The notes below the pieces were generated by a model. It did no database searches. It worked only from the letters and a program-made list of their open reading frames with translations, and had not been told where the DNA came from. Positions 12,620 to 24,705 of a DNA stretch of 64,000 nucleotides are shown here, one piece after another. A program made the translations under genes and the position numbers. The stretch is from Octopus vulgaris. Its lineage: Eukaryota. The stretch covers positions 26,970,001 to 27,034,000 of the forward strand of contig OX597817.1 in assembly GCA_951406725.2 (NCBI GenBank), given 5' to 3'. Position 1 is the first letter of the stretch. The number at the start of each line of letters is the position of its first letter.

Positions 12620-12734
12620 CAATACCTGATCTTCAAATCATGCTTTTTACTGTACACTACATAATCTAGTTTGTTAATGCTGTTAGGTATACATATACCT
12701 GAGGTTGTTATGAAACATAGAAGGACAGGTAAAA
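12620..12734 (-). CDS. Candidate internal exon (phase 1 to 2): (V)[37 protein letters not shown]
   Basis: Strong acceptor (ttttgtttgtttgtatttttcag) and donor (TG|gtaagg); open frame with a hydrophobic signal-peptide-like start; no homology recognised. Confidence 0.4.
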
Positions 12735-13238
12735 CTGAAAAATACAAACAAACAAAAATGTGAAAATTGAACAACATTGAAATTTGATACATGTATATAT
12801 GAATGTATGTGTGTATGTATGTATGTATGTATGTATGTATGTACATGTGTGTGTATATATAAATAAATAAATAAATATATATATATATATGTATATATGT
12901 ATATATAAATAAATAAATAAATATATATATATATATGTATATATATATACACACACACACACATACATATATATACGTATATATTATCCAAATTTTGTAG
13001 TATTAAGTATCCATTACGGCTGGTCTTACCAATCGGTTTTGTTCAAAAATATATGTAGTGTTAGGTAATAATCCGGTTATATAAGTCTGCTCATTAGAGG
13101 TAGCCAAAGTGGAGCTTGGCACAGTTCTCAGGCTTGCCAGCTCCTGTCAAACTGTGCAACCCATTCAATCATAGATACAAACACCTCTGAGTTGATAGAT
13201 GCAACCTGCAGCAGTAATCTACATATATATGCATATAA

Positions 13239-13566
13239 AGGCACATAGCTTAGTGGTTAGGGTATTAAGCTTATGATCATAAGGTCATGAGTTCAATTCC
13301 TGGCAAAACATTGAGTCCTTGGGCAAGACACTTTATTTCATGTTGCTCCAATCCACTCAGTTGGTGAAAATGAATAATAGCTGTATTTCAAAGGGCCAGC
13401 CTTTTCACACTCTGTGTCACGCTGAATGTCCCTGAGAGCTATGTTAAGGGTGCACATATTTGTGGAGTGCTCAGCCACTAGCACATTAATTATTAATTTC
13501 ACAAACTGGCTGCTCCGTTGATCATATTAACTGGAACCCATGTTGCTACAACCAACGGAGTGCCAG
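13239..13566 (+). mobile_element. SINE E (tRNA head plus CORE-like segment)
   Basis: ggcacatagcttagtggttag...gagttcaattcc...ccttgggcaagacac; homologous to the reverse complement of 15924-16246. Confidence 0.8.
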
Positions 13567-14780
13567 TTATATATGCATGTGGAAAATCGAATTTAGTGAT
13601 GTATCACTCCAGTGTTGACATCTCACGAAATTGCGCATGTACTTAGGTCAAATTCAGTGTTTTAACAGATATGCTCCTGCTGACAAATGTCCTAATTCAT
13701 TTACCCCTGACTGATCTGTATAGAACCTTCATAAACATGTTTGCAGTCATAAATGATTGTGAATATAATCCAATTTATGCCACATTAAAAACGTTGATTT
13801 AAAACTAGTCTGAAATTCAAACAAGTGCAAAATCATAAATCTGTGAGGTGGATCTGCCAGCCAATTATATTGACTCCAATATTTAGCTGTTACTTTCTTT
13901 CATCAACTTTCCTCGGAAAAATATAGCTACACGTCAATTAATATTACCACTCAATCCAACATACCAGGCCAGATTAACACAACTCATCATCTCTAAATGT
14001 ACAAATTGTTGCCCTCCACCAGATCAAAGCTGACTCTCGCTACATAACTGTAAGAACGATGATAACATCAAAAAAAATGTATTAACAAAATCAATTTATA
14101 AAAAGTAACTGCTGAAATGTTTAATCATTTTCTCTCTTTCTTTCTTCCTCTCTCTCTCTCTCTCTCCAAAGCATTTTATACAATCATCCTTTTTCTCTCG
14201 CCTCATAACACCAATGTTATCATCATCATCATCATCATCATCGTCATCGTTATCGTCGTCGCTGTGACTACCACCTCTGTTTGTTGTGATTCATTATTAG
14301 GTATGAAGTCATTTGTATTAGCCCAAATACTTTCAAATTGATTCCCTAGGAATGCAAACATGAGTTCATTTACAGATTAATCCATTACAATAAAAGACAA
14401 TACTGTTCGCTTTGCTAAAATGACACCAACCATGGAATTAAGCCAAATTCACGAGCATCAGGAATGTTATTCTATTAGAGTAATTCTTCAAACAGGCAAG
14501 AGAACTCATATATTTTATATTTGTTGAATTAACAAGCTGGCAAATTATTTTCAAAGTCAAACTAAACAAGTACAAACGTATATCAGAGAGGAAAATTTGC
14601 AATAGATCCATTTAGGTAATTATTTGATTACCAAAACTAATTCAGTTACTGTTTCACAATATAATCTTAAGTAATTTATTCCATAATCAAAAGTTTGAGG
14701 TTTAACATATTACAATAGATTTATAATAGTAATATATCCAGATTGGTTGAGAGTCCCTTTAGTTCTGTACCTTTATATTA

Positions 14781-15091
14781 GTGGAGGCGCAATGGCCCAG
14801 TGGTTAGGGCAGCGGACTCGTGTTCGGAGGATCGCAGTTTCAATTCCCAGGCCGGGCGTTGTGTGTGTTTACTGAGTGAAAACACCTAAAAGCTCCACGA
14901 GCCTCCGGCAGGGGGTGGTAGTGACCCCTGATGTACGCTTTTTCCCCAACTTCCACTCTTTCTTCCTGTTTCTTGAGTAACGCTGCGATAGACTGGCGTC
15001 CTGTCCAGCTGAGGGAATGCATATGTCACAGAAACTGGGCCCATGTGCCTGGCTAGGCTTGAAAACAGCACATAAATAAATAAATAAAAAA
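14781..15091 (+). mobile_element. SINE F (tRNA head, V-SINE-like core GCGATAGACTGGCGTCCTGTCCAG)
   Basis: A box tggcccagtggttag; (TAAA)n tail; TSD acctttatatt at 14769-14779 and 15092-15102. Confidence 0.85.
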
Positions 15092-15380
15092 ACCTTTATA
15101 TTGGAGGTTTAAGCCCCACTGAGGCTACTGGTTTACCATCTGTACTGCAAATTTAGTACAAAATGTCATTATCATTTTAATCTATTAATTCTGACATAGA
15201 CTGGATGAGTTTTCATGGACTGAGTTGGTTCTTATTTGGAGTTAATGCCCACCTAGCAGCATTGAAGGACCACATCTTCCTCATACATCCCAGTCTTTGG
15301 CATAGATTCTATAGTTGGATGTTTTTACTTTTCTTAGCACAAACCCCAAAAAAAATAAAATAAAAAATAAAAAAAACAAT

Positions 15381-15797
15381 AGGCGCAGGAGTGGCTGTGT
15401 GGTAAGTAACTTGTTTTCCAAACCACATGGTTCTGGGTTCAGTCCCACTGCGTGGCACCTTGGGTAAGTGTCTTCTACTATAGCCTCGGGCCGACCAAAG
15501 CCTTGTGAGTGGATTTGGTAGATGGAAACTGATAGAAGCCCGTCGTACATATGTATATATATGCATATGTGTGTGTGTGTGTATGTTTGTGTTTGTCCCC
15601 CTAGCATTGCTTGACAACCGATGCTGGTGTGTTTATGTCCCTGTTACTTAGCGGTTTGGCAAAAAGAGACCGATAAAATAAGTACTGGACTTACGAAAGA
15701 ATAAGTCCCGGGGTTGAGTTGCTCGATTAAAGGTGGTGCTCCAGTATGGCCGCAGTCAAATGACTGAAACAAATAAAAGAGTAAAAGAGTAAAGAGA
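15381..15797 (+). mobile_element. SINE A, full length
   Basis: aggcgcaggagtggctgtgtggtaag...aaaagagtaaaagag. Confidence 0.9.
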
Positions 15798-15923
15798 GTT
15801 AATTCATGTGCAGAATTATGCATGAATGTAAAAATTAGGTAAGGGAATAAAATTTTATTGACTTTGAGGAACAAAATGTAGGATTTGCATTACATTTGAG
15901 ATTGCACTGTACTCAAAAAAAGA

Positions 15924-16246
15924 TGGCACTCTATCAGTTATGATGATGAGGATTCTAGTTGATCCAAACAATGGAATAGCCTGCTCATGAAATTAACACG
16001 CAAGTGGCTGAGCACTCCACAGACAAGTGTACTCTTAACATAGTCCTCAGTGAGATTCAGCATGACACAGAATGTGAAAATGCTGGCCCTTTGAAATACA
16101 GCTACTACTCATTTTTGCCAGCTGAGTGGATTGGAGCAACATGAAATAAAGTGCCTTGCTCAAGGACACAATGTATCACCAGGAATTGAAATCAAGACCT
16201 TACAATCATGAGTTGAATACCGTAACCACTAAGCCATGTGCCTTCA
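15924..16246 (-). mobile_element. SINE E
   Basis: Reverse complement homologous to 13239-13566 along its length. Confidence 0.8.
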
Positions 16247-16302
16247 TGCAAAATAATATGGTTTAAAAAAAACACAGACAAATACTTTGGTCAATTAATT
16301 TA

Positions 16303-16705
16303 CGGCTGTGTGGTAACTAACTTGCTAACCAACCAAATGGTTCCAGGTTCAGTCCCACTGCGTGGCATCTTCGGCAAGTGTCTTCTGCTATAGCCCAGGG
16401 CCGACCAATGGATTTGGTAGACGGAAACTGAAAGAAGCCTGTCGTATATATGTATATATATATATATGTGTGTGTGTATGTATGTTTGTGTGTCTGTGTT
16501 TGTCCCCCTAGCATTGCTTGACAGCCGATGCTGGTGTGCTTATGTCCCCATTACTTAGCAGTTTGGCAAAAGAGACCGATAGAAAAAGTACTGGGCTTAC
16601 AAAAAGAATAAGCCCCGGGGTCGAGTTGCTCGATTAAAGGCGGTGCTCCAGTATGGCCGCAGTCAAAATGACTGAAACAAGTAAAAGAGTAAAAGAGTAA
16701 AGAGT
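16303..16705 (+). mobile_element. SINE A
   Basis: Family consensus. Confidence 0.9.
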
Positions 16706-17366
16706 ATATCCTTCTACCACAAATTGTATCATTATCACTATCATCAACATCTAGCATGGGCTCGGTAGCTTTTTGGGGGCAGTGTTTTCAAATTCAATGG
16801 CCTTCCTCTTCCTATCTCTTCTAGTAACTTCTTTCAATATGGAAGAAAACAATGTACCTATTCTAAAACCAGGAGAAATGCAGTATGTACCCACAAATTC
16901 ATAACCTTGGGCTAATATGAAAAGTCATCATTATAAAACTGTGTTTAACAAAATAAGAAAAGAAGATAAAACTAAATCAGTACCTTTAGATCTGTGATTC
17001 CTTAACTTTTCCCATCACAATCCAATTTGGAAAATCAATATATTCTCTTTGACCCATTTTGAAAAAAATCAATAATCCTCAAGAATCCATTTTTTGTAGT
17101 GTTTAAATAAAAAAAAATTAACATTTAACCCATTCTGTGTGTGTGTGGTTTAAAATGTAAATAAAAATGAAGAATAATTACTAGTTAATTTTTGCTGTAC
17201 ACACAGATCAAAAATACAGTTTAAAAAAATTAATAAAATTAATTGGTAATTTTCTCAGGGAAATATTCTTCAGTTATTGTGTTCAGCATTGCCTTACTGG
17301 CACTTGTGCAGGTGTGCAGGTGACACGTAAAAATAAAAAAGAAAAAAGAATAAAAAACGACCATTT

Positions 17367-17711
17367 TCGTGGCATCTTGGGCAAGTGTCTTCTGCTATAG
17401 CCCCAGGCCGACCAATGCCTTGTGAGTGGATTTGGTAGAGGGAAACTGAAAGAAGCCTGTCGTATATATGTATATATATATATATATATGTGTATGTGTG
17501 TTTGTGTGTCTGTGTTTGTCCCCTTAGCATTCCTTGACAACCAATGCTGGTGTGTTTACGTCCCCTTCACTTAGCGGTTCAGCAAAAGAGACTGATAGAA
17601 TAAGTACTGGGCTTACAAAGAATAAAGTCCCGGAGTCAACTTGCTCGACTAAAGGCGGTGCTCCAGCATGGCCACAGTCAAATGACTGAAACAAGTAAAA
17701 GAGTAAAGAGT
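17367..17711 (+). mobile_element. SINE A, 5'-truncated
   Basis: Family consensus from cgtggcatcttgggcaag. Confidence 0.9.
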
Positions 17712-17715
17712 ACTT

Positions 17716-17960
17716 TTCATGGCTGTTGCCAGTACCGCCTGACTGGCCCTCATGCCAGTGGCACGTAAGAGCACCCACTACACTCTCGGAGTGGTTGGCG
17801 TTAGGAAGGGCATCCAGCTGCAGAAACTCTGCCAGATCAGATTAGAGCCTGGTGCAGCCATCTGGTTTGCCACTCCTCTGTCAAATCATCCAACCCATGC
17901 TAGCATGGAAAGCAGACGTTAAACGATGATGATGAGGAGGAGGATGAGGATGATGATGAT
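17716..17960 (+). mobile_element. Family C (RTE 3' end)
   Basis: ggttggcgttaggaagggcatccagc...acgttaaacgatgatgat. Confidence 0.85.
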
Positions 17961-17997
17961 AGGGAAAGATTTTATCTCAGACAATTCCACAACATTA

Positions 17998-18457
17998 GGT
18001 GCAGGCATGGCAATGTGGTAAGAAGTTTGCCTCTCAACCATATGGTTCTGGGTTCAGTCCTATTGTGTGACTTCAATCCTACTGTGGACAAGTGTCTTCA
18101 TCTTTAGCCTTGGGCCAACTAATGCCTTGTGAGTGGATCTGGTAGACAGAAACTGAAAGAAGCTTGTCACATATATATATGTATATATAGAAATATATTT
18201 ATATATATATATGTATATATCTATGTTTGTATATTTTTGTGTTTGTGTTTGTCCCCCACCACTGTTTGGCAACCAGTTGTTGGTGTGTTTATGTCTCCAT
18301 AACTTAGCAGTTCAGCAAAAGATATGAATAGAATATTTACCAGGCTTTAAATAATAATAATAAGTCCTGGGGTTGATTTGTTAAACTAAAGACCCTTCAA
18401 GATGATGCCCCAGCACGGTCACAATCAAATGGCTGAAACAAGTAAAAGATAAAAGAA
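17998..18457 (+). mobile_element. SINE A, older subfamily
   Basis: Diverged family consensus. Confidence 0.85.
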
Positions 18458-18484
18458 TGAAAAGCATTAAGCCTTCTAAAAGCC

Positions 18485-18890
18485 ATCGTCGTCGTCGTCA
18501 TCATCATCATCATCATCATCAACATCATCATCATCATCATCTTCATCATCATTTACTGTCTGTTTTCCATGCTGGTATGGGTTTGACAGGAGCTGCCCTG
18601 CTGAAGAGCTGTCCAAGCTCTATGTCTGTTTTGGTATGGTTTATATGACTGGATGCTCTTCCTAATGCCAACTACTTTATAGAATGTACTGGGTGCTTTT
18701 ATGCAGCACCATCTTGGCTGCATTTATGTGGTACCAGTACAGGTGCTTTATACGTGGCACCAGTACCCACAAGCCCACAAGATTAGGAATACTCAGCTGG
18801 CAAAGGATGCAGAGGCCAAGCCTGTATGCAAGGACAACCACCCTTTTACTTAGCCTGGCATCTTCTTAAACACAACAAACTGCCAAATGC
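18485..18890 (-). mobile_element. Family C-related RTE 3' end (older variant)
   Basis: (CAT)n, tttccatgctggtatgggt, ggatgctcttcctaatgccaac; similar to 30022-30403 and 47065-47461. Confidence 0.75.
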
Positions 18891-18911
18891 ATCTAATATA
18901 CACAGATGGTA

Positions 18912-19123
18912 GGGCAGTGAGCTGGCAGAATCATTAGCATGGTAGGCAAAATGCTTAGCGTTCTGAGTTCAAATTCTGCCGAAGTCGACTTTGCCTTTCA
19001 TCCTTTCGGGGTCGATTAAATAAGTACCAGTTATGCACTGGGGTCGATATAATCGACTTAATCCCTTTGTCTATCCTTGTTTGTCCCCTCCATGTTTAGC
19101 CCCCTGTGGGCAATAAAGAAATA
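18912..19123 (+). mobile_element. SINE B
   Basis: TSD aatatacacagatg at 18895-18908 and 19124-19137. Confidence 0.9.
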
Positions 19124-19304
19124 AATATACACAGATGATGATTGTAGCTTGTAGGTCTGTAGCTTATTGTATAACACATTCAATAACATTTTAGTATTTG
19201 TGAAATATTTAAATGATTCGTTTTATCTATAAAGCTGATGATGTGAGAGTTGATGACCAAATATGTCTAATGCCATAGAGATGAAGGAAGAGAGTCAAAA
19301 AGCA

Positions 19305-19525
19305 AGATGATGATAGTGACAATGTGGATTACAGCGATGATGATGATGATGATGATGATGATGCTGATGATGATGCTGCTGCTGATGATGATGACATCAA
19401 TAAAAATGATGATGATGATGATGATGATGATGATGGTGGTGGTGATTATGATGATGATGATGATGATGGTGGTGGTTGGGGGGGGGGGATTGGTGGTGGT
19501 GGTGGTGATGATGATGATGGTGGGG
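19305..19525. repeat. (GAT)n/(GGT)n compound microsatellite
   Basis: Seen directly. Confidence 0.95.
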
Positions 19526-20434
19526 GGTTGTAATGGTTGTAGTAAAGTGGCAGCAAGTACATGATGCTGTAAACAACAGGTCAGCAATCATATTTGAGCG
19601 CATATTTGTGAGAAAGGTTGTTTGAGTTTAAAGTGTTTAATGTGTCTCATTGTTTTCTCTCTGCTAAAATCTTGCCCCACCTCTTTTTCGAGGCCAGTGT
19701 AGTGTAATCTGTGATGTGTTGTTACCATAACGTGAACTCATAACTACAGCATCAAAAATACACATATTTTCTTCACAGCCGACTTCATGATTTTGTTGGT
19801 GTGCCTCAATAAATAACAAACAGCATAGTGCTACCAATATTCAGCTGTAGAAACTATGACGGTGTGAAGCATAAAGCTAAACAAGGTTCTTTGATCTGTC
19901 TTCAACCATTACAGCATGTCCTGACCACACCAGCATACAAATATAAAATGATGACGAAGATGATGATGTTTTTGATGATGTGCACACACACACACACACA
20001 CACACAGACACACACATACATACACACACACACACATACACACACACACACAAGGGCTTGTGGCTAGATTTGATGATTGTTCATGTGTCTTTTGTCAGAA
20101 ACAGCTTGACATATTGGTGAACAGTCAATGGCATTGGAGAGCATAAATATTAACACTGTAGTTGAGAAAATGTTAGCTGACATGAATGACTGGAAGCTAT
20201 TTAAATAATGGAAAAAGATTTACCTCTATCATGAAGATTTTTCTCAGATATAAAAAAAAATTCCAATATCATGACTGTTGCTAAAATGCTCTGTGAACAC
20301 TGTAAACATTTTAAGACATGGACAGCTGCAACGTAGACTGAAAAGCCATGACCAGTAGGAAAGGAATCAACAGGAGTTCTGACTGGGTTCACATGTCAGA
20401 ATTATTCTTTACATCTTTGGACAGGGCCTTAAGC

Positions 20435-20825
20435 ATAGCTTGGTGAAGCTCCTGGAGATTGTTGTCAAATCCTGGTCAGAAAAGGTTGCTGCTGGAAGGC
20501 CATATGTGTGGCAGCAGGATTTGGCTACTTACCTTACTTCTAGAAAGAGTTGGATGTGGTTGTCAGAGAATTCCTATGATTTTCCAAGCTCCAATTTAGG
20601 GTTTCCTGGTTCCCTTGATTGTAATCCCATGGACTGCTATATTTAGGGCATGGTTTAGAAAGACATCAACCATGCTGCTTGCAACACCAAAGCCAAGCTG
20701 GTGGCCCAGATCGAGGAGGTGCTTAAAGATAGATCTTCCCAGGGACACAGTGAGGAATGTCTGCACCAGGTTCCAGAACCATCCTGAGTCTGTGGTGGAA
20801 GCTGAATGCAGTTACTTCAAGAACA
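20435..20825 (+). pseudogene. maT/DD37D (Tc1-mariner) transposase C-terminal remnant
   Basis: YVWQQD-37 aa-D(CNPMD) spacing; ...RNVCTRFQNHPESVVEAECSYF matches 'C..FR.RLEAVV.A.GG.F'; stops and frameshift present. Confidence 0.85.
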
Positions 20826-20852
20826 CTGTAATCTCCCAGCCATAATCTATAT

Positions 20853-20985
20853 TTTTTACTCTTTACTCTTTTACTCATTTACTTGTTTCAGTCATTTGAC
20901 TGCGGCCATACTGGAGCACCGCCTTTAATCGAGCAACTCGACCCTGGTACTTATTCTTTTGTAAGCCCAGTACTTATTCTATCGA
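20853..20985 (-). mobile_element. SINE A, 3' tail fragment
   Basis: Reverse complement of the family A 3' end, fused to an opposite-strand copy. Confidence 0.85.
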
Positions 20986-21558
20986 TGTCTTCTACTATAG
21001 CCTCAGGCTGACGAAAGCCTTGTGAATGGATTTGGTAGACAGAAACTGAAAGAAGCCTGCTATATATATATATATAGATAGATCGCCATGTTGATTCGTT
21101 AGTTACTGCACGCATTTTTTTTCTCTCCTTCTTTCTGTGTTTTTTTTCTCTCTGTGTATCTTTCTGTTGAAGAGCGTAGGCTCGAAACGTTAAAGACTTG
21201 TTTTATTTATATTTCCTGAGCGCCATACTAATACAATTGTTTGTTTGTTTCCCACCTGCCTTCGTCTTTTGTCTATTTTCATAAAGCTTCCCGTTATATA
21301 TGTATAGATATATATATATGCATACATACATACATACATATATATGTGTGTGTCCCACCATTACTTGGCAAGCAATGTTGATGTGTTTATATGTCCATAA
21401 CTTAGTGGTTCATCAAATGAGATTGATAGAATAAGTACTAGGCTTACAAAGAATGCCCTGGGGGTCAGTTTCTTCGACTAAAATAAAATAACCTTTAAGG
21501 TGGTGCTCCAGCATGGCCGCAGTCAAATGACTGAAACCAGTGAAAGAATAAAAGAATA
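20986..21558 (+). mobile_element. SINE A, 5'-truncated, with an insertion in its (TA)n
   Basis: Family halves flank 21081-21297. Confidence 0.8.
21081..21297 (+). mobile_element. Penelope-like pLTR fragment with HHR-like motif
   Basis: ctgttga-a-gagc gtag gctc-gaaacgtta at 21164-21192; homologues at 55015-55222 and 57478-57690. Confidence 0.6.
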
Positions 21559-22329
21559 CTTACGTTTTATTTTGAAGCAAATTGAAAAAAATTTTAAATT
21601 AATAAATCATTTGTAATCTTATTTTTTAATTCAAGGTAAGTGTTTTTGTTTTTGTATTTTTTTTTTTTTTTTATTGAAAGCAAAACACTATTTATTTAAG
21701 TTAATGGTACCAGTGAAAAACAGGCAAATTTCTTCTGCATCCTCTCTTGAAAAATATCATCCTGCAAAACACTGAACAATAGTAATTAAATAATTATGCA
21801 TATTACTTGCCAAGCAAAGTTTAGATGAGATATTTATTTTGAGCTAATTTGTTTTGACAGATAAAAATAACAACAGCAACAAAATCAATTATAAAATCAA
21901 TTATATTTAAATTTGTATTTTATTGTTACTCTTATTATTATTTTCCCTTACTCCTTTGACTAATGTTTTGAATAAGAGAACTTACTTATAATATATTTAC
22001 TCTTTTGTTAAAAGCTGGGTAAATGTTTGAATTATGAGTTTACTTTCTTTGATTATAAACAATATGAAAGGCTTGTTATCAAACAGCAGCAATTCAGATG
22101 CATTACTTAAAACAGCTAGTGAAAAGCTAAAATAAACTTTAAGATGAGGAGGAAGGCAGTGATAATGATGATGATGAGAGTAAAAGGGAAGATAAGGAAT
22201 GTAAGGATAGGGATAATAACATTTTCCAGGTTTAGCATGTGGACACTTATTTCCCTGGGACATATTTTGTATGTTTTCAGCAGTTACAGCGCATGTTTTA
22301 CTGCCATGTAGCATAGCTGTTTGCATACC

Positions 22330-22504
22330 TATTTCTTTTATTACACACAAGGGGCTAAACACAGAGGGGACAAACAAGGACAGACATGGGTATTAAGTCG
22401 ATTACATCGACCCCAGTACGTAACTGGTACTTAATTTATCGACCCCGAAAAGATGAAAGGCGAAGTCGACCTCGGCGGAATTTGAACTCACAACGTAACG
22501 CAGA
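22330..22504 (-). mobile_element. SINE B, 5'-truncated (part of an inverted copy of 23313-23551)
   Basis: Family B plus ~60 bp of LINE flank at 22266-22329. Confidence 0.85.
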
Positions 22505-22539
22505 AGGGGTGAACAGCTAAGTGGTGTGAGAGAAAATAG

Positions 22540-22773
22540 GGCAGCAAGCTGGCAGAAACGTTAGCACGCTGGGTGAAATGCTTAGCGGTATTTCGTCTGC
22601 GTTACGTTGTGAGTTCAAATTCTGCTGAGGTCGACTTTGCCTTTCATCCTTTCGGGGTCGATAAATTAAGCACCAGTTACGCACTGGGGTCGATGTAATC
22701 GACTTAATACCTATGTCTGTCCTTGTTTGTCCGCTCTGTGTTTAGCCCCTTCCTTGTGGGTAATAAAGAAATA
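22540..22773 (+). mobile_element. SINE B with a 149-bp flanking direct repeat
   Basis: 22389-22537 is repeated at 22774-22922. Confidence 0.9.
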
Positions 22774-22929
22774 GGTATTAAGTCGATTACATCGACCCCA
22801 GTTCATAACTGGTACTTAATTTATCGATCCCGAAAGGATGAAATGCAAAGTCGACCTCGGCAGAATTTGAACTCACAACGTAACGCAGAAGGGGTGAACA
22901 GCTAAGTGGTGTGAGAGAAAATTTGAACT

Positions 22930-23980
22930 AGGAAGGAATTAACTCAATATTGTAAAGCAAGAGGAGCAACAATATCAACAATAACAGGGAAAATAGTTTT
23001 TGCAAGTGGGAGGTGCACAGGTACAATAAACTCTAAAAATGTACAGAAAATAGAGTTCATCAAATGCCAGGGGCAAAAGCTAGAAGTAGTCAATAGCTTC
23101 TGTTATCTAGGTGACCAAGTCAGTAGCGGAGGTGGATGTTCCAATAGTGTAGCTACTAGAATGAGAATAAGCTAGTTTGAAGAGCACCTACCTCTGTTGG
23201 TAACAAAGGGTCTCTCCCTCAGCTTGAAAGGCAGATTGCATGGTGCTGGTATGCAAACAGGTGAGCTGGCAGAAACGTTAGCACGCCGGGCGAAATGCTT
23301 AGCGGTATTTCGTCTGCATTACGTTGTGAGTTCAAATTCTGCTGAGTTTTGACTTTGCCTTTCATCCTTTCGGGGTCAATAAATTAAGTACCAGTTATGC
23401 ACTGGGGTCGATGTAATCGACTTGATACCTATGTCTGTCCTTGTTTGTCCCTTCTGTGTTTAGCCCCTTGTGGGTAATAAAGAAATAGGTATGCAAACAG
23501 CTATGCTACATGGCAGTAAAACATGGGCTGTAACTGCTGAAAACATACAAAGGCTTGAAAGAAATTAAGCTAGCATGCTTCACTGAATGTGCAATGTCAG
23601 TGTGCATATATAAGTGTAAACACCTTCAGAGAAAAACTGGGCATAAGAAGCATCAGATGTGGTGTGCAAGACAGACGACTGCATTGGTATAGGCATGTGA
23701 TGCACATGGACCATGACAGCTGTGTGAAGAAGTGCCAATCTCTAACTGTGAAGGAGACCTATTGAAGGGGAGCACCACACAAAAGCAGACATGGATTGTC
23801 TTTACCTTCCCCGGGCACAAGGATGTTGAGGCTTGGTCCAGTTTGTACTTTTTTACAATACCACCGCAGCTAGACTGGTCGAACATCATGAAACATTTAA
23901 TGACGATGCTAAAACTCAAATTGTCCAACCCATGCTAGCAGGGAAAGTGGACGTTAAACGATGATAATGATGATGATGAT
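22930..23980 (+). mobile_element. RTE-clade LINE 3' portion (decayed)
   Basis: KLEVVNSFCYLGDQVSSGGGCSNSVATRMR; TAMLHGSKTWAVTAENIQRLERN*ASMLH*MCNVS; RRLHWYRHVM; ends tgtccaacccatgctagc...ggacgttaaacgatgat (the family C tail). Confidence 0.85.
23261..23487 (+). mobile_element. SINE B nested in the RTE LINE
   Basis: TSD ggtatgcaaacag at 23248-23260 and 23488-23500. Confidence 0.9.
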
Positions 23981-24414
23981 TCACTTGTACAATTTACAAG
24001 GAATCTGATATCTAATTATCAGTAGGATTGCCTTAAAAATACTAAAGTCATTATATGAATAATTTCTTTGTAGCAGAATTTTGGTAGTTTTTGGAGGTTT
24101 GGGATTTTTCAGATGATAATAAGCTGGTGAAAAGTATTTTGTGTAGTTTTCCATCCATTTTTAATTAACTTTTCAAAGCTAACTTGAATAGGAGGAATTT
24201 TGCAAATATGCACATATTTATGTTTCTGGAATTTTTCCTTTTTTTTACCATTTTACATCCTGATGGATTTCTTAGCAAGACAAATTAGAACATACAAAAA
24301 TTATGTAGCATATACAGGGCAAAACACAATGAGTGATATCATCATGTTTGAACATAACTATGTAATCAAGTCAGTACGCTAATCTGATAACCAGTGGAAT
24401 GCTACTTCAAATTT

Positions 24415-24482
24415 ACATATACACATATGTATATACTTATATATGTATATACATATATATATATATATTTACATACATATGT

Positions 24483-24520
<38 letters not shown>

Positions 24521-24660
24521 GCACACACACATATATATACATATATATATACACATATATATACACACACACATATATATATACACACATATATATATAT
24601 ACATATATATACACATATACATATATATATATACACACAATACATTTACTAGTATATATA

Positions 24661-24698
<38 letters not shown>

Positions 24699-24705
24699 TA
24701 TATAT
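24415..24705. repeat. (TA)n/(CA)n low-complexity tract
   Basis: Seen directly. Confidence 0.95.

Noticed and set aside
19267-19603. Poly-Asp/His/Met ORFs (also 3494-3715, 37062-37308, 18457-18648)
   Set aside because: Trinucleotide microsatellites with no splice or start context
19779-19812. Possible plus-strand last exon RLHDFVGVPQ* after ttttcttcacag
   Set aside because: Too short, and such acceptors occur by chance in AT-rich DNA
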